A stretch of DNA of 64,000 nt, from the NCBI RefSeq assembly GCF_009914755.1, contig NC_060936.1; one strand, written 5' to 3'. Within the stretch, counting starts at the first letter, position 1, and every line of letters begins with the position of its first letter. Shown here piece by piece: positions 42,426 through 59,335 of the stretch. This DNA is from the human T2T-CHM13v2.0 reference genome, Homo sapiens. Made by a program: the position numbers and the translations under genes. A model generated the notes under the pieces. That model saw only the letters and a program-made list of their open reading frames with translations, was not told the DNA's origin and did no database searches.

Positions 42426-44332
42426 GGGCTTGGAATGGCAGAGGTCTCAGTGTTGATCACTTTTTTTGACATTAATTTTCCTCAATATTTTATTCACTGG
42501 GTTGAATATTTCAGGTTTCAGGCCAGTAGGAGGTGCCTATAGGTAAAAACCAGCTCTGTCTAAAGCAGGTGGGTAAATGCAATACTCCAATGGTGAGCAG
42601 AGGTCCTAGCCTTGACAGAGGCAGCTGGGGAAGCTCTCAGTGAAATGCACTGAGGTCTTTTTAGGGGAAAGGGAGGGAGTCCCCACAGCTCTCCTTCCAG
42701 GCCAGCAGGAAAGGAATCTGCCTCCTGGTCACACTCCTGACCTGGTGTTCTGGCTATTTAGATCAGAAAAGCACCTCTTTTCATCTGCAGGAATACTGAT
42801 GTTCCTGTAGAGAGTGATTGTGATTTTTACCCCTCATGCAAATCCTAACCTGGAGAGCACTCCTCCTGTGGGAATGCAGTTACCCTGAAGTGTTGCATAG
42901 ACTGCAGGTTGCATGGCTACAGGTGCAGTCATGATGAGCTCCTGTAGGGGGAGCCCCAATTGTGTTTGCAGTAGTGAGAGATGGGGAGAAATAGTCACTC
43001 TCCATTACTTTTCATGTGTACCAGGACTGCCTGACTGTTGGGATAGAGACTCCCCCCACTGAGCCCAGTGTACCTGTGCCTCTGCTGAAATAAACTTCCC
43101 ACAAATGGAAAGATCTAGGACTCAAGGCCTGCAGTCTGGTTTCTTTTGTCCCATGGGTTTCTTCCCTAATGTGGTGCACTTTCCCTTCCCCTAGGAGTAG
43201 AAGTTGCTGAAGACCAGACTACTGTGAATCCTGCTGCTCCTCTGAGTCTAGCCACCCAGTGGAGCTGCCACACTTGGGCTGGTCCTGGGGCATGTCTGCA
43301 AGGTATTCAGTGATGTGACCTGCCCTCTAGTTTCCCAGCAGTGGGAACCAGCACCAGCTGTCATGGAGGTGTGAGAGGAGTGGCATAGATGCTGAGGCTT
43401 CCTTTGTTGTGTATAGCCTTAGTATGTTGGCCTTCTCAGATGCCAGCTGTAATAGTAACATACTGGGTGTGTGGACAGACTGAAGACTTTCTAGTTATTA
43501 GCCAGGATGATGCAGGCAATGGCGATAGCTGAGATCATGCAAAAGTTTTCTACTTCCTGAGTGCTGTGTTATTTTATCTACAGATGCTGTAATGGGCTAT
43601 GCAGGTTGGCCTCTAGCTAAGAGGTGGCATTTGCAGAGAAGCATCACCAGTAGTGGTAGTGGTGGAATTTATGCTTACCTTATGTAACCAGGGGAGTACT
43701 CTGATGTTTCAGGAAATGGCTGGGCCGTGGAGCTCCCAAACGTCCCTGTCTTTTGTGTTATGCTACCAGGGCAGGTACAGGGGCTAATCTGGGTGGGGGC
43801 TGGGTCAGGTAAGTCTGTACTCTGGTTCTCCACACGTGGACACTAGCAGTGGCCCCATTGGGTATTAGAGGGCAGTTGCTGGCTGTGGCATAATATTCCA
43901 GGGAGGAGTGCAGCTGCCTCTGTTACACAAAAGAATCTGCATGGAGTGGGAGTTGGGGTAGCAGGCAGCAGTAAGCCCACTCAGATTCCTTGGCAAGGCA
44001 GGTCTCACACAGAACACACAGTGTTCTGTTAGCAGCAGCTGGCTGTGTTCCGGCAGCCTCTGCTCAGAACTCAAAACTGCCCTAGGCCATAAGCCTTCTC
44101 AACGGAGACAGAAACCACAGCTTCCAGGCCATTCCTAGTCTGCCTATGGAGCAGGGATGTCTAGCTCCTGTACCCATAGCCATAGTGTGCTTCCTGCTCA
44201 CCCCTCAATTTTGGCCAGTGGGGTTCATCCCCACTCAAGATTAGGTCTCATATCTCCGTTGGGAGCTTCTGTCAACCTGTGATCACTGGCTGTGTTAACT
44301 GGCAGATTTCTGCAAGGTCCCCTGTGAGGTAG
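42426..44332 (-). mobile_element. L1PBa/L1M1-type 5' region, joined directly to the ORF2 3' part
   Basis: GC-richer L1 5'-end-like sequence (cagactactgtgaatcctgctgctcctctgagtctagccacccagtggagctgcca; gggagcttctgtcaacctgtg). Confidence 0.65.
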
Positions 44333-44642
44333 AGTTGCAGGACTTTTCCTTAGTTCAGCTAAAGATGGGGTCTTCGTCCCATGACCACAAAAATTCAGGC
44401 TCTCAGACAATTCATGGTGAGTAAAACAGGGTTTTATTGGGTGAAAAGGGGAAAACAGGGATTCTAGGCCAGAATCCCTGCTAGAGCGCTTCCAGCCTGC
44501 AGCTTGAATCCCAGGTTCCACACAGGAAGAGGAGGGGCCAGGCTCCTCCCTGCTGCAAATGGCACAAACTTCCTAAGGCTCCACCCCAGTGCTCAAGCTG
44601 GTTGGAGTTTTTCCAGGAATTCCCTCCTACCTGGTTGTCTCA
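44333..44642 (-). mobile_element. MER61-family ERV1 LTR (3' LTR)
   Basis: gttgcaggacttttccttagttcagctaaagatgggg...ggttgtctca, followed by the polypurine-tract complement ttcccctctct at 44643-44653. Confidence 0.85.
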
Positions 44643-45632
44643 TTCCCCTCTCTAAGGAAGTACATCTGACTTAGATTAAGGATAAGGACGAAGACCCATT
44701 TTAACTGCTTCCTGCTGACAGGGGGCACTGTTTTTGAGGAAATGGCAGTCAGAGCTCCCTCAGAGGCCTAATTAAGGGCTTCCAGCCAAAGGGGCCAGGG
44801 TCAGAGGCTCCAGCTGCATGAACGTTTTGAGTTTGATGGCCTGAAGTCAAGAACAGACAAACTGGGTTATTTGAAAACATGTATCAAAATGAAACAAAAG
44901 GAGGGGTAAGGACAGCTCAAAAATGCCAAGGCCTTTTACCAGTTTGCACAAGGAGAGGGATGCCAAAAGCCCAACTTGTAAAAAAACAAAAAAACCAGAA
45001 AAACAAAAAACTTCACCCTTTTGCTGGCATGTTGGCATTCTGAGTTTTCTTCCCCTGAGCTCAGTCCTAAGCCTTGGAAAAATTAACCCTTTCCAGTTTG
45101 GAGGATGCATCTGAGGGGAGTGTCCAGTAGTTCGGAGACAAAATTACCTGACTGTGAAGAGAGGAGCAGGGAGGAGAGAAGAAAAAAGAGGCATTTTTTT
45201 TCAAAGGAGTCCCAGGGGTTCAGGATGCATTTGAAAGGGGAACAGCCTGAAGATGAATGGCTATCCATCTATAAAGAGGGGAGCAGGTATCCCTGGTTCC
45301 CTTCTCTTCCTAGCAGATACTTGGGCATGTGAGGGGGAGACAAAAGAGTGTTCCTTTTCCCTCTTCCATCCTTGCATACCCGAGTCCTGGAAACCTTGGC
45401 AGGCATGACCATGAGTGTCAAAGCGACTTGCACCCGTGAAGCAGGGAGGACCTAGAAAATAGGAATTATCTGCTCTGACCTATTCCTCTATCCCCTCAAC
45501 TGTCAGTAGCCTTAGAGTTCCCTTGACCTCATTTATGCCATGGATATTAATGTGGCTTTTATCTGTGAAACGGGAAGCTTGGGTTGGCGTAATTGGCAGA
45601 AATCAGCCAGGCTCACCTGCATTGTGCCTTTT

Positions 45633-48634
<3,002 letters not shown>

Positions 48635-48635
48635 T

Positions 48636-48771
48636 TTTTATATATTGGGTTAAATGAAATTTGTTATTAAAATTAAGTTCACCTTTTTCTTTTCACTTTT
48701 TCAATGTGGCTACTAGAGCATTTAAAATTGCATATATAAAACATGTTAGTATTTTTATTAGATAGCACTGC
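48636..48771. mobile_element. MER33-like hAT-Charlie half element, inside the captured segment
   Basis: atatattgggttaaatgaaat...aatgtggctactagagcatttaaaatt...attagatagcactg; cut off at the L1 junction. Confidence 0.8.
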
Positions 48772-50156
48772 TCTGTAGAATATCTTTACATTTAATACAA
48801 TATAATTAATAACTATTACCTGCATGATGAAATACAGGCTTTAGGAAGAAATCAGATTAAAGACCATTTAGTAATCTATACTTAGCGTAAAACATTCATC
48901 TAATCTCAGTGCTACTGAAAATGGGTGTATGTTTTAATATTAAATCACCTTTTACCAACCATACTAAGAAAAGATAAATATTATTTTGTTGTAGAAGAAC
49001 AGACCAACACAGTAAGAGATCATATTATTAAAGGCTTGGGAGTATGATCCATTTACATTATGATTTCTGATTAAATCATAACTAAATCCACTTATATGTA
49101 ATGCTGAGTAGAATACTGATAATCAATAATTATAATTACTGTGTTTCCAAAAACCAAAATATTTGTTTTTTAAAAAAACATTATTTTCTGTCATCCAATG
49201 AGCAAGTCTGACCAGGCTATAAAAAACAAACAAACAAAAACAAAAAACAACAAAACAAATTAACTTCTGGGAACAGTTTAAATAATAGCATTGTGACTTT
49301 TAACTTCTGTTGCCATTTGCCTCTGAATCCCTCGGTTCCAGTTGTCCTTCCTAGGGCTTTGACCTGAAGCTTGGAATTGAGTTTGGGACAAAAATTTGTC
49401 TCAGGGTGGGTTGCATGGACTCCTTATCATAAGCCAAATATTAAGGTGAAACTGTGGAATTGAGTCCTCTTTCAACAAGGGAGAAAAACGTTGTCTTATG
49501 ACACACCCAGATAACTGGTGGCTATAGTTATGCTTGCAGGATTTGAGTGTATGGTGCTTGGCTTTAGTTAGCTCCCTTGGTCTTACTTTAAAGGAAATCT
49601 CCAAGTGATGGGCATCCTATTTATTCCATTATCTGGCAGGATTTGCAGGATAATTGCTCAGAACTAGAATATTGATTCAGATTTTTACGTTATCCATCCG
49701 TCTTGTTCTTTCTGAGCTGCAGCCAGAGATTGCTGGTTGGTTCACAGGAACAAGCTGGATTAGTCTAAAAATGTAGGGGCAAACTTAAAAAAACAACTAA
49801 TGGGCTTAGAATTTAATGACATGTGTAAATTTTGAAACATAATTTCTCCCTCTCCAATTCTCATTTTTGTTAAGAAACAAATCATCATAGGATTGAGTGG
49901 TGTGTAAAGAAGACTTTAGTACTATACTTGGTGTGATTATTTGCATAAAGTACAGCAAGAAAAATTATTTCTACATTGGTCTTTTGGATTGGTTTTGATG
50001 GAACTCTATTCCACAAGGTGTCTCAGATAAGATCTTTTAAAGCTGAGCCAAGCCATAGATTTTTATGGTCAAACACCTGTAAGTTGGGTGATCCTTTTCT
50101 CTTAAGGTCCCAAGATAAACTTGGAGCTCCTGGACTTGTTAGAAAGTGACATTCTT

Positions 50157-50468
<312 letters not shown>

Positions 50469-51574
50469 TTACTGAACATACATCAGGAACCCTGTACAGA
50501 GACTACATAGACGAGGGTATGAGACCAGTTTCTCCATGGGGCTTTTATTGGCTCTGCAAGTTGAGATTGACTCCTTAAAGGGAAGCATACCCTTCCAGTC
50601 AAAGCCATGATAAAATAACCACTTTCTCCAATTGTGTCCTGTTGCAAAATAAAAATGAATTCTTATTTGATTTGTGCAAACAAATATCTTGCCATAAGTT
50701 AAGAATACTTAGTTTCCAAATTCTAGAGGAACCAGACAGAGAGAAACATGCTCCAAATTGTGTTCATAGGAGTATAACTTACTCAATTATTAAAGGCCAT
50801 AAATGGTTTAAAATAAGTTTCTTTGACTCTGAAAAACAAAACAAGGATCAGTAATATTCCAAGCAAAAGTCAAAATGATTTGCTTCTGCTTTCTGAGTTC
50901 AATCTATTTAGTTAATTCTTGCTTTGCTTGATATTAATGAGCATTTCAGCTCTTCATGGGTCCTGTACATTTTCCTTTATTCCAATATTACAATCCCAAA
51001 AGTTATCAGAAGCCCATATTTGAGAGCACCTGTCAAGAGTCTGATAGCTTACCATAAACCATCTTTGAAAAGGATAAAAAAAAAATGATTGTCTGTGAAC
51101 AGCAAGATGACCAGGGTAGTTACAGTTATAAACATGATTGACAAAGAAGTTTGGTTATCTCTGTGGTTTACAATAACTTAACATAAAAACCTTAATTATG
51201 ATTGATAGCATATACTCAGACCATAGAATGTTAGAACTCTCATACAATTTTGGAACATATATTAGCATTATTTACCAAGATATAACCTGAAGAAGATTGA
51301 GGATCATTTTGGCAATTCCATGTACCCAAACATGTCAAATAATCCTGTTTACCTTTCTTTTCTGGACACTTCAGGGGCCCTGTGAAGTATTTGAAAAGCC
51401 AAGTGTCAGGAAAGACAATTTTGAAACTGAAGTTTGATTTTGGGAAGGCTGTTAAATGTTCAAGGTTTAAAACACTTGATATTATGAAAGAGAATTCCAC
51501 ATTACCATTATTATTATTATATTATTATTATTGCCAAAATGATGACTCAGAAATTTTAAAGAAAAAAAACCTCC

Positions 51575-52740
51575 TCTCCCAGGGCATTTCTTAATGCTTT
51601 GAGGAAAGAAGTATTTTATGGACTCTCAGGGTTGGGAGAGTAGGTTGCTTCTAATAGATACATTCCAACATAACCACTTTGGTAGTCTATTAACTCATTT
51701 CTTAATCCCATGCTTTTGAAGTTGCTGCATTTCAATTTCATTGATTATAAGCAATTTTTGTTTCCAGGCTTTAATTAATCATCTGACTGACAATTCATAA
51801 ATAGTAATGCCATTCACAGGTGCTGAAGCCAAGACATTAAAACCTAGATCCTTAGTGGGTACAACACTGTTCATGAATTCAGCCTCATCAAGTCATGTAT
51901 CTCTTTTCCATATAGACCTACATCTTTAGAATGCACTCCACAAATACTCCTCAAGATTTTCCTGACATAAAAGCTTCAGTCTTGGAACATTTTTGGCGTA
52001 ACTGTATCTCTTGCCAAACAGCTCAATATCTGTTTGAGTTAAGCAGAATTCTAAGTCTTTATAGAGACCTAGAGTCAATACTTGATGTAGAGACATTGTC
52101 CTAAGGATAATTTGCATCAGTTTATGATGTAACCTTCTTAGAGTTATCTATGAAAAGTTTGTTGTTGTTGTTGTTGTTGTTGTTGCAAAGATCTGGTTCC
52201 CTAGGGAAGGGGAAGTGCTGCCTTGTCCAGTAAGAAAATGTGGAAGTTCAAAGTTCTCAAGCTCTTCCATGAGTATCCAAACATCCTATCTCATATCTCA
52301 GGGTCTCCCACTAGTGCTCCTACCTGGCATGGTCACACACATAGTTGGTCCTATAAATCTGTCACTTCTGCAATCCGACCTAACCTTCATCTTCAGTCAT
52401 ATTTGCCTGCTGTTTTTGTCAAGTACGTTTCTGCTTTCATTACTGTAGATTTTGCTTCTCATATTTCCTATGTAAACTCTCTAGAGATATAAGAAGCAGC
52501 CAGCAGACTCCACATCTTTATAATCAATACCATTGGTATCATTAGGAAGTTGATCTTTCAACTCCCTTTCTCTTACCTACACTTCAACCCATGCCACAAC
52601 AGATGATAATTTGAGTGAATCTTATGTCATTCTTTGACATGTATTTCCCATGGTTCTTTCCTCTATCCAATCCTCTATAAGTAAGGAATTTATTCATACT
52701 TATTTACTCTTCAACGAACCCAATCTTAAAATACTATTTC
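51575..52740 (-). mobile_element. Probable ancient ERVL-type internal sequence
   Basis: Abuts an LTR33-like LTR; composition changes at ~51570; no intact ORF. Confidence 0.35.
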
Positions 52741-52744
52741 AAGT

Positions 52745-53200
52745 GTTTGTTAATGAGAACCACCATAGGAGAAAGTTCACACACCCAAAATAGATACTTA
52801 AAGAAGATCAATTTCCAAAGGACTATTTACAAAAATTTTCATGTAATGGAATCATGAGAGATGTACTGGGCTTTGTAAAAATGACCCTCTTACTATTCCT
52901 AATCCCAGTGGAAAAAGGGGTGGTAGCGGTGGTTACAGAAGACCAGAAGGAAATATTTTTATAGAATTAGCATGGACTTTCAGTCAAAAATAGCCAGCTC
53001 AAAGTTCCTTGCTGGGAAAGGCCCAGGAGAAAAAAACCTGTCCACGTTCTTCTATCTTCCTTTGTTTCCTTGCTGGGGTTTCCTATTAGCCAAATCAAAC
53101 CTGAAGCCCAAAGACATTGCAAACTGCTAATATGATTTCTATAAATCTGCTTCCTAGAACAGAGAGAGCAGTATTTAGAAGAATGGTGAACAGAATACCT
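52745..53200 (-). mobile_element. LTR33/LTR41-like ERVL LTR
   Basis: aaggactatttacaaa...ggttacagaagaccag...cctattagccaaatcaaacctgaagccc. Confidence 0.55.
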
Positions 53201-53379
53201 CATATATCATCAATTATGATGACTGCTTGAAATGTTTACAATTTTATGGCTAAAAACACAGTTTCTTTTTAAAAGAGGAAAGAATTAATCATATTTTAAT
53301 AGTTGAGCTGTTTTCAAAAACAGCTTAATCAAACATTTACTACCTAGAATATACATAATAATGTGAGCTATGTCATATT

Positions 53380-53600
53380 GAATGTGTCTTATATGTCAAG
53401 CACACTCAAATTTATTTTGTTAACTAATTTGATCTTCAGAAAATTGTATTGTGTACCCATTGTTAGGCAATTTCGTAGATCTGAAACAGGTGTTTGAAGA
53501 GGTGAGAAAATTGTTTTCAGTCACATAGATCACAAGTGAGAATTTAATACATGATTCCTGCTTTGTTTGACTCCAAAGTCAGGTTATTACACTAATAGGT
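53380..53600. mobile_element. MIR
   Basis: atatgtcaagcac...gaggtgagaaaattg...gtcacatag...ttgactccaaagtc. Confidence 0.55.
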
Positions 53601-54599
53601 ATAATATTGGGAAATGTTTTATAGCAATTATCTCTTCCCATATATATTTTATAGTTATTTATTGAGCATCTTTTATGAGATGGGGAATTTAATAAGAATG
53701 ATGATAAATATGAAGGAGGCTATAACTCAGATCTTGTTCATGAGATGTTACAGAGTCAGTCTGCTGGAAGCACTGAGTATATATGCAGAACAGGCATGGA
53801 AGGCCATGAGGTGGTTGTGTTGTAACCTGCCAGCATTGTATCATAAAAGCTTTCAGTGACCAAAAATAATTCTAGTTTCCAGGATGCAGGAAATTAGACA
53901 GTTTATAGGGCAGCAAGTCTCAGAAAACTAGACAGTGTGTTTATTGATGGGCACAACTACTCACAGAACAAGTGGAATAAAATCAAGAGCCTAGTATGTA
54001 CTTGAAGGTGTGAATAAAGTTTGAGCTTCCCAAAAGACACTGGTAATTTAAAAAAGGAGACAACCCAAAATTGACTGGCATTTGAAGAAATTTTGGACAG
54101 TGTACTAACATCACTAGAGAGTCTAGCCTACCTTTGTTCATCTTGTTATCCCCTCTGTCACTTTCATGACTTTGAGGTTACCCCTAATTAACAAAATTAA
54201 CCAGAATGTAAAATGAATATGCCCATAATTTTACATGCACTCCTTCCTCATTTCCTTACCCCAGATCTTTACAAAGGATGCTGTGTATTCGCCCTAAACT
54301 ATCATTGATTCTGGAAAATACTTAAAAGCATAAATAAAAAATACTGAATGTGAAAGCTATGTGTGTTTTATTTTCCACCATGTGGTATTAGGTTGGGTGC
54401 TTGCAGATGAAGAAAAATGAAATTCTTTTGCAATATCTATCCTCTCATTGATTTAGTAAAAATAGAAAAAGGCATAGGTCTCCATGATATAAATTTGATG
54501 ATAAACAATAAGAGCAGACTCCTTTCCTTTTAAAATTTATTTTTCACAATTGGCTCCCAGATTTACTAAATGTACACTATTGTTGTGTGTTCTGTGCTT

Positions 54600-55060
54600 A
54601 ATTTTCTAATATCCATTTCACCTCCAGTGATTATTACAGGCCTATCCTCACATGACTATTTCATTGCCAGTGATTGGCACATGACCCAGCCAGGTTGGGC
54701 ACATGATATAATTGTTATCAATGAGAACTAAAGAGAAATCTGTATGGGATTCTGAGAAAGTTTTACGTGTTTCTGTAAAAGGGAGTTGAAATATGTTTAT
54801 ACATCTTTCTCATATGGTCATTGATAAAAACATATGGTAAGCTGGGAAGTTCCATGACCATCTGACTACAAACCTGGTAAAATGACAACATAAAGAGAAG
54901 CACAGAACCAAAAGGAACATAGAGAAGTGGGAACAACATACCAGAAAACAGATCCTGCTTAGATCTCCATCACCTGTAATGTCTTTTATATTTGTGTTTA
55001 TATATTTTTCATTATTTAACCTTATTTTAGTCAGAATTTTCTGCTACCAGCAAATTTACC
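54600..55060 (+). mobile_element. MLT1J/K-like MaLR LTR
   Basis: ttgccagtgattgg...gggcacatga...tcaatgaga...ttctgagaaagtttt. Confidence 0.55.
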
Positions 55061-55596
55061 CACCCAAAACTGTAGCCAAAAGCCAAGGTTTGTGTTGAGG
55101 TTGAGTGCGATTGTTTTCACAGATGCACACTACGGAAAATAATTCCAACACTTACTAACTGTGCTCAGAAATCATATAGAGGTGTGTGTATTTTACCTTT
55201 GCAACCCCTTTGTCCACACATCTACATTTAACCCCTTTTATTACTGATGAACATTATATTGCTTTTCACACCTTGTATCTATTACACAGTCTCTTCTGCA
55301 AAATCTCTGAGAAAAACATTCCCTTACTGCATGCAGTAATTTGGTGAACGTTGATCCTTCTGTCATTTGACAATGACTTTTATTTGGACAATGTACCAAT
55401 TCTCCCATGTGGCATTTGTTCATCATCTTTTAAGAAAATTGAGTGAAACAGGGAAAATTAGAAGTCAAATACAAAATATTATATGGGGTGGGGGTAGAGA
55501 TATTGGAAAGAGATGGTAGGAAGGATAAGCAATACATATTTGTTTATATATGTGCCTAGATAGGTAAATAGCATTTTCCAAAAATAAATTGCCAAG

Positions 55597-55948
55597 TATC
55601 ATTAACTGAATGTTTGTGTTCCCCTAAATTTTACATGTTGAAATATTCACCCCCAAGATGATGGTATTAAAAGGTGAGACCTTTTGGAGGTAATTAGTTC
55701 ATGATAGTAGAGCTTTTAAGTATGGGATTAGTGTCCTTATAAAAAGGCCCCATAGAGTTATCTTGCCTTTTTTCCACTGTGTGGAAAGTCTGCAGTCTGC
55801 AACCTGGAAATAGGCTGTCACCAAAACCTTACCATACTGGCACCCTGATCTTGGATTTCCAGTTTAGAGAAATGCAAGAAATGGATTTATGTTGTTTATA
55901 AGTCATTCAAATGTATGATACTCTATTGTGGCAGTTCCAACTAAAACA
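55597..55948 (+). mobile_element. MLT1A0 MaLR solo LTR
   Basis: ctgaatgtttgtgttcccc...gatggtatta...tgggattagtgtccttataaaa...ctggcaccctgatcttggatttccag. Confidence 0.9.
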
Positions 55949-57560
55949 CCAGGAATTCCTAAATATGCACTGGGAAACAATAAAGAAATTTCAAGGTCGG
56001 CGTTATTGCTTACTGTTTAAAATTGCAATAGATGAATTTCTGTTGAAATATCTCTTAAGACTGAGTTGTGGTTACTTTAATTATAGAAAGAACTATTATT
56101 ATTTTATAGGCACTAGTATTTTATATTTCAATACCACCTGTGTTTATAACTTTATAAAGTGATTAAAAATTGAATGGCTATCATTTGCCTTTAGTCTATG
56201 ATAGAATCATTCTGTAAATCATTGTAATGTTATATGGAGTAAGGCTGTGATTCAATTAATAACATTCTTACTAACTTAAGTAGTAAACAGGGATGAGTTT
56301 TTAAACGTTGAATGTATAATAAAAAAGGCTATTTGACTTCTTTCATGGCTTCATTTTATTTTCATTGCTTCCAAGTGGCTAATCATCTCTTTTCTATTAA
56401 TAAAGTCCATTTTAAGGACATTTTGCAACCTGTTCAATAGCATAAGCTTAGTTTTAGTTTTGTTTATAGTGAAGTTAATAAAGAAATATCAACTTCAATG
56501 GAGACTCTAAAATAATAGTCATTTATTTAAACATTATAAAGATAACATTCTGGTAAAGACAGACATATTGAGCAACTGTCCAAATGGTTCTTCATAGAAA
56601 AAAACAAGAATATTCAGAATAGACATGGAGACATTATTAATGACATTGAGTGTATAGGATTATACTGGATGATTTGACTTTCCTATAACTCTTTCTCTAT
56701 TACTTTTTTAAACTCAGAATTATGTTGTCTTGCTTAGAATCATCCAATTCTTAGTTTCTATATTTTTGAAATGAGGTAATTTTAAAATAAATTTAGTTGA
56801 GATATTATGTATATTTATTTGAGATATTTTGTTGATTTATTTTCAGTGTTAAAATGTGAGATAGGGAAAGTCTTGGGTTATGTCTCTGGCTTGTGTTGGT
56901 AAAATGACAAATATACAAATATTTGTTAAAGACACATACACACGCACACACAAACACTTTAAACACAAAAAGAAACCTTTCCTCAAACACTGTATAGTCG
57001 ATTGCTGAGTGGGACAGTCATATGGGGTAGTAAGTGCTGTAGGAGACATAAAGCAGAAGAATCCTAATGTAGAGTGAGTCAGAAAAGATTCTTTGAAGAG
57101 GTGGCTCTAAAGGTTAAATGGAGAGAATAAATTAGAGTTAATCAGAAAAAGCACAGTCTATTTGCTGCCTAGGGAACGTTGGATACAATTTTATAGATCT
57201 CCAAGAATTTGGGTATATAAAACAGGTAGGCTAGGAATACCTCGTGGAAGCCTTTGATATCCTGATAATTTGTTGTTACTTTCCCCAATGCTTTCACAAA
57301 ATATTGTAAGGATTCAAAATAGTGAAATGACTTGTTCATTTGTGTTATTTGTGATCAAGGAAATTCATGTTCTGACACAGAAGGATAGTAAAAAAGAAAA
57401 TAAAAGAAAATTCATGTGGATACAATAATGCAGCTTAATTAGAAGAGATTAACTATAAATCAAATTTTAGGCTCTTTGGGGAAAGAAAGCATGCAGATCT
57501 TCTTGAGGTTTTGATATTGGAAATGAAGTAAAGATGATGAATTAGAGGAAAACAAAAGAA

Positions 57561-57893
<333 letters not shown>

Positions 57894-58825
57894 TTAATTA
57901 ACACTAAAGGACATAGGACATAGTGTTTGATTTTAGGAGAGACATGGGTAGAAATCAAGATGGTAGATTGGGGTAAATAAAAGTGGTGCCTAGGTCTGAG
58001 AGTATGAATAATGCATACATGATGGCAACATTCTCTTAGATATGTATTAAGAAAATTTCAGGACACTTCAAAAACCAACATAAAAATTCCAGTAACTTTT
58101 GCAAAAATTTTTAACAAATAAAATATATGCCAAAATTTTAGAAAGATACCTCAATTATTTACGGAGAATATCATCAATGAAATACAAACTAATTATTTAA
58201 AAGTCTCTCAAGATTTAATGAACTTGCTGAATCGAGCAAAACTTGATGTGGAATCTGCATTTCTGAAATTTAGTATTTCCCTATATATCCCACAGGCTCT
58301 ACTGTCTGATTTAAAAACAAATGAAAAATCCCAGCACCGCCACCACCACCACCACAATAAAAAAAATTCTATAAGACAAACCCTAAAAATGACACATCAC
58401 TTCCTTTTGTTTGAAGCCAGTCTGGTTATGATTAAGATCTGTATTTGAAGAGGTATGAGATTTCTGAATAGGCATTCAGTTTCTCCCCAAGGACATCTCA
58501 TGACACTTTCTTTGCTATGAGATGCTGGCTGTCACAGAAAATGTTCTATCTTTGTAGCCTCAGCACATAGGAATCACTTATTCATAACTGATCCACCACT
58601 GCTCTTTATTTCTCTTTGATGATGCATTAAAAATGGCTTTTAGCTAAAGCTTTTTCGTTTGATTTTTGGAGCTGTAGTAAATGCCACCAATTTTAGGAGG
58701 AGTAAGTGTGCATGTATGTGTGTGTGATGGACTGTGTAAGTTCCTATAAATTATATTTCCTCTTTTAAAGAAAATTCAAAGAACTTTCATGTCCATTATC
58801 ACAGCTGGATGTCATTTGGCATAAT

Positions 58826-59335
58826 GATTACAACAATGGTAAAATTTTCCAGCCCTACCTGTTTTCACACATTTTACAGTGTGACTTTGCAGTTCTTTCT
58901 ATTATAAGCTGGAGTTTTTTTCCCCACTCCTTGAATCTGGGATATGAGTGTTTTGGGCAGTAGAACATGGCAGAACTGACAACTTGCAAGTTCAAAGCTT
59001 AAAGCTCAAGTGTCCTTGCACACTTTTGTTCTCCCTCTTGTTCCTCTGCCTTTGTTATGAGATCAAGCCTGGGCTAGCCTATTGGAGGATGAACAAGCAC
59101 ATGGAGGGGAGTTGATTTTTCATAATTGATGGCAGACTGACCACAAATATGGGAATGTACCAGACAAAATTAACACAATTGTTTACCTGTCCCACAGATG
59201 GCTGCAGATGCATGAGGAAGCCAAGACAAAACCAGAACTTCAAGCCATGCTATAAACTTATTAGCATTAAGACACAGATATTATTTGAAGCCACCAAGTT
59301 TTGGGGGTGGTTTTTAACGCAGCAATAGGTAACTA
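58826..59335 (+). mobile_element. MLT1F/G-like MaLR LTR
   Basis: cagtgtgactttgcag...ccactccttgaatctggg...aagccaccaagttttggggtggtttttaacgcagcaataggtaact. Confidence 0.8.

Noticed and set aside
40035-44640. GC-richer region as a promoter or CpG island
   Set aside because: CpG-depleted and explained by MER52, the L1 5' region and MER61.
44333-44642. p53 response element, known in some MER61 subfamilies
   Set aside because: I could not find a tandem RRRCWWGYYY pair in this copy.
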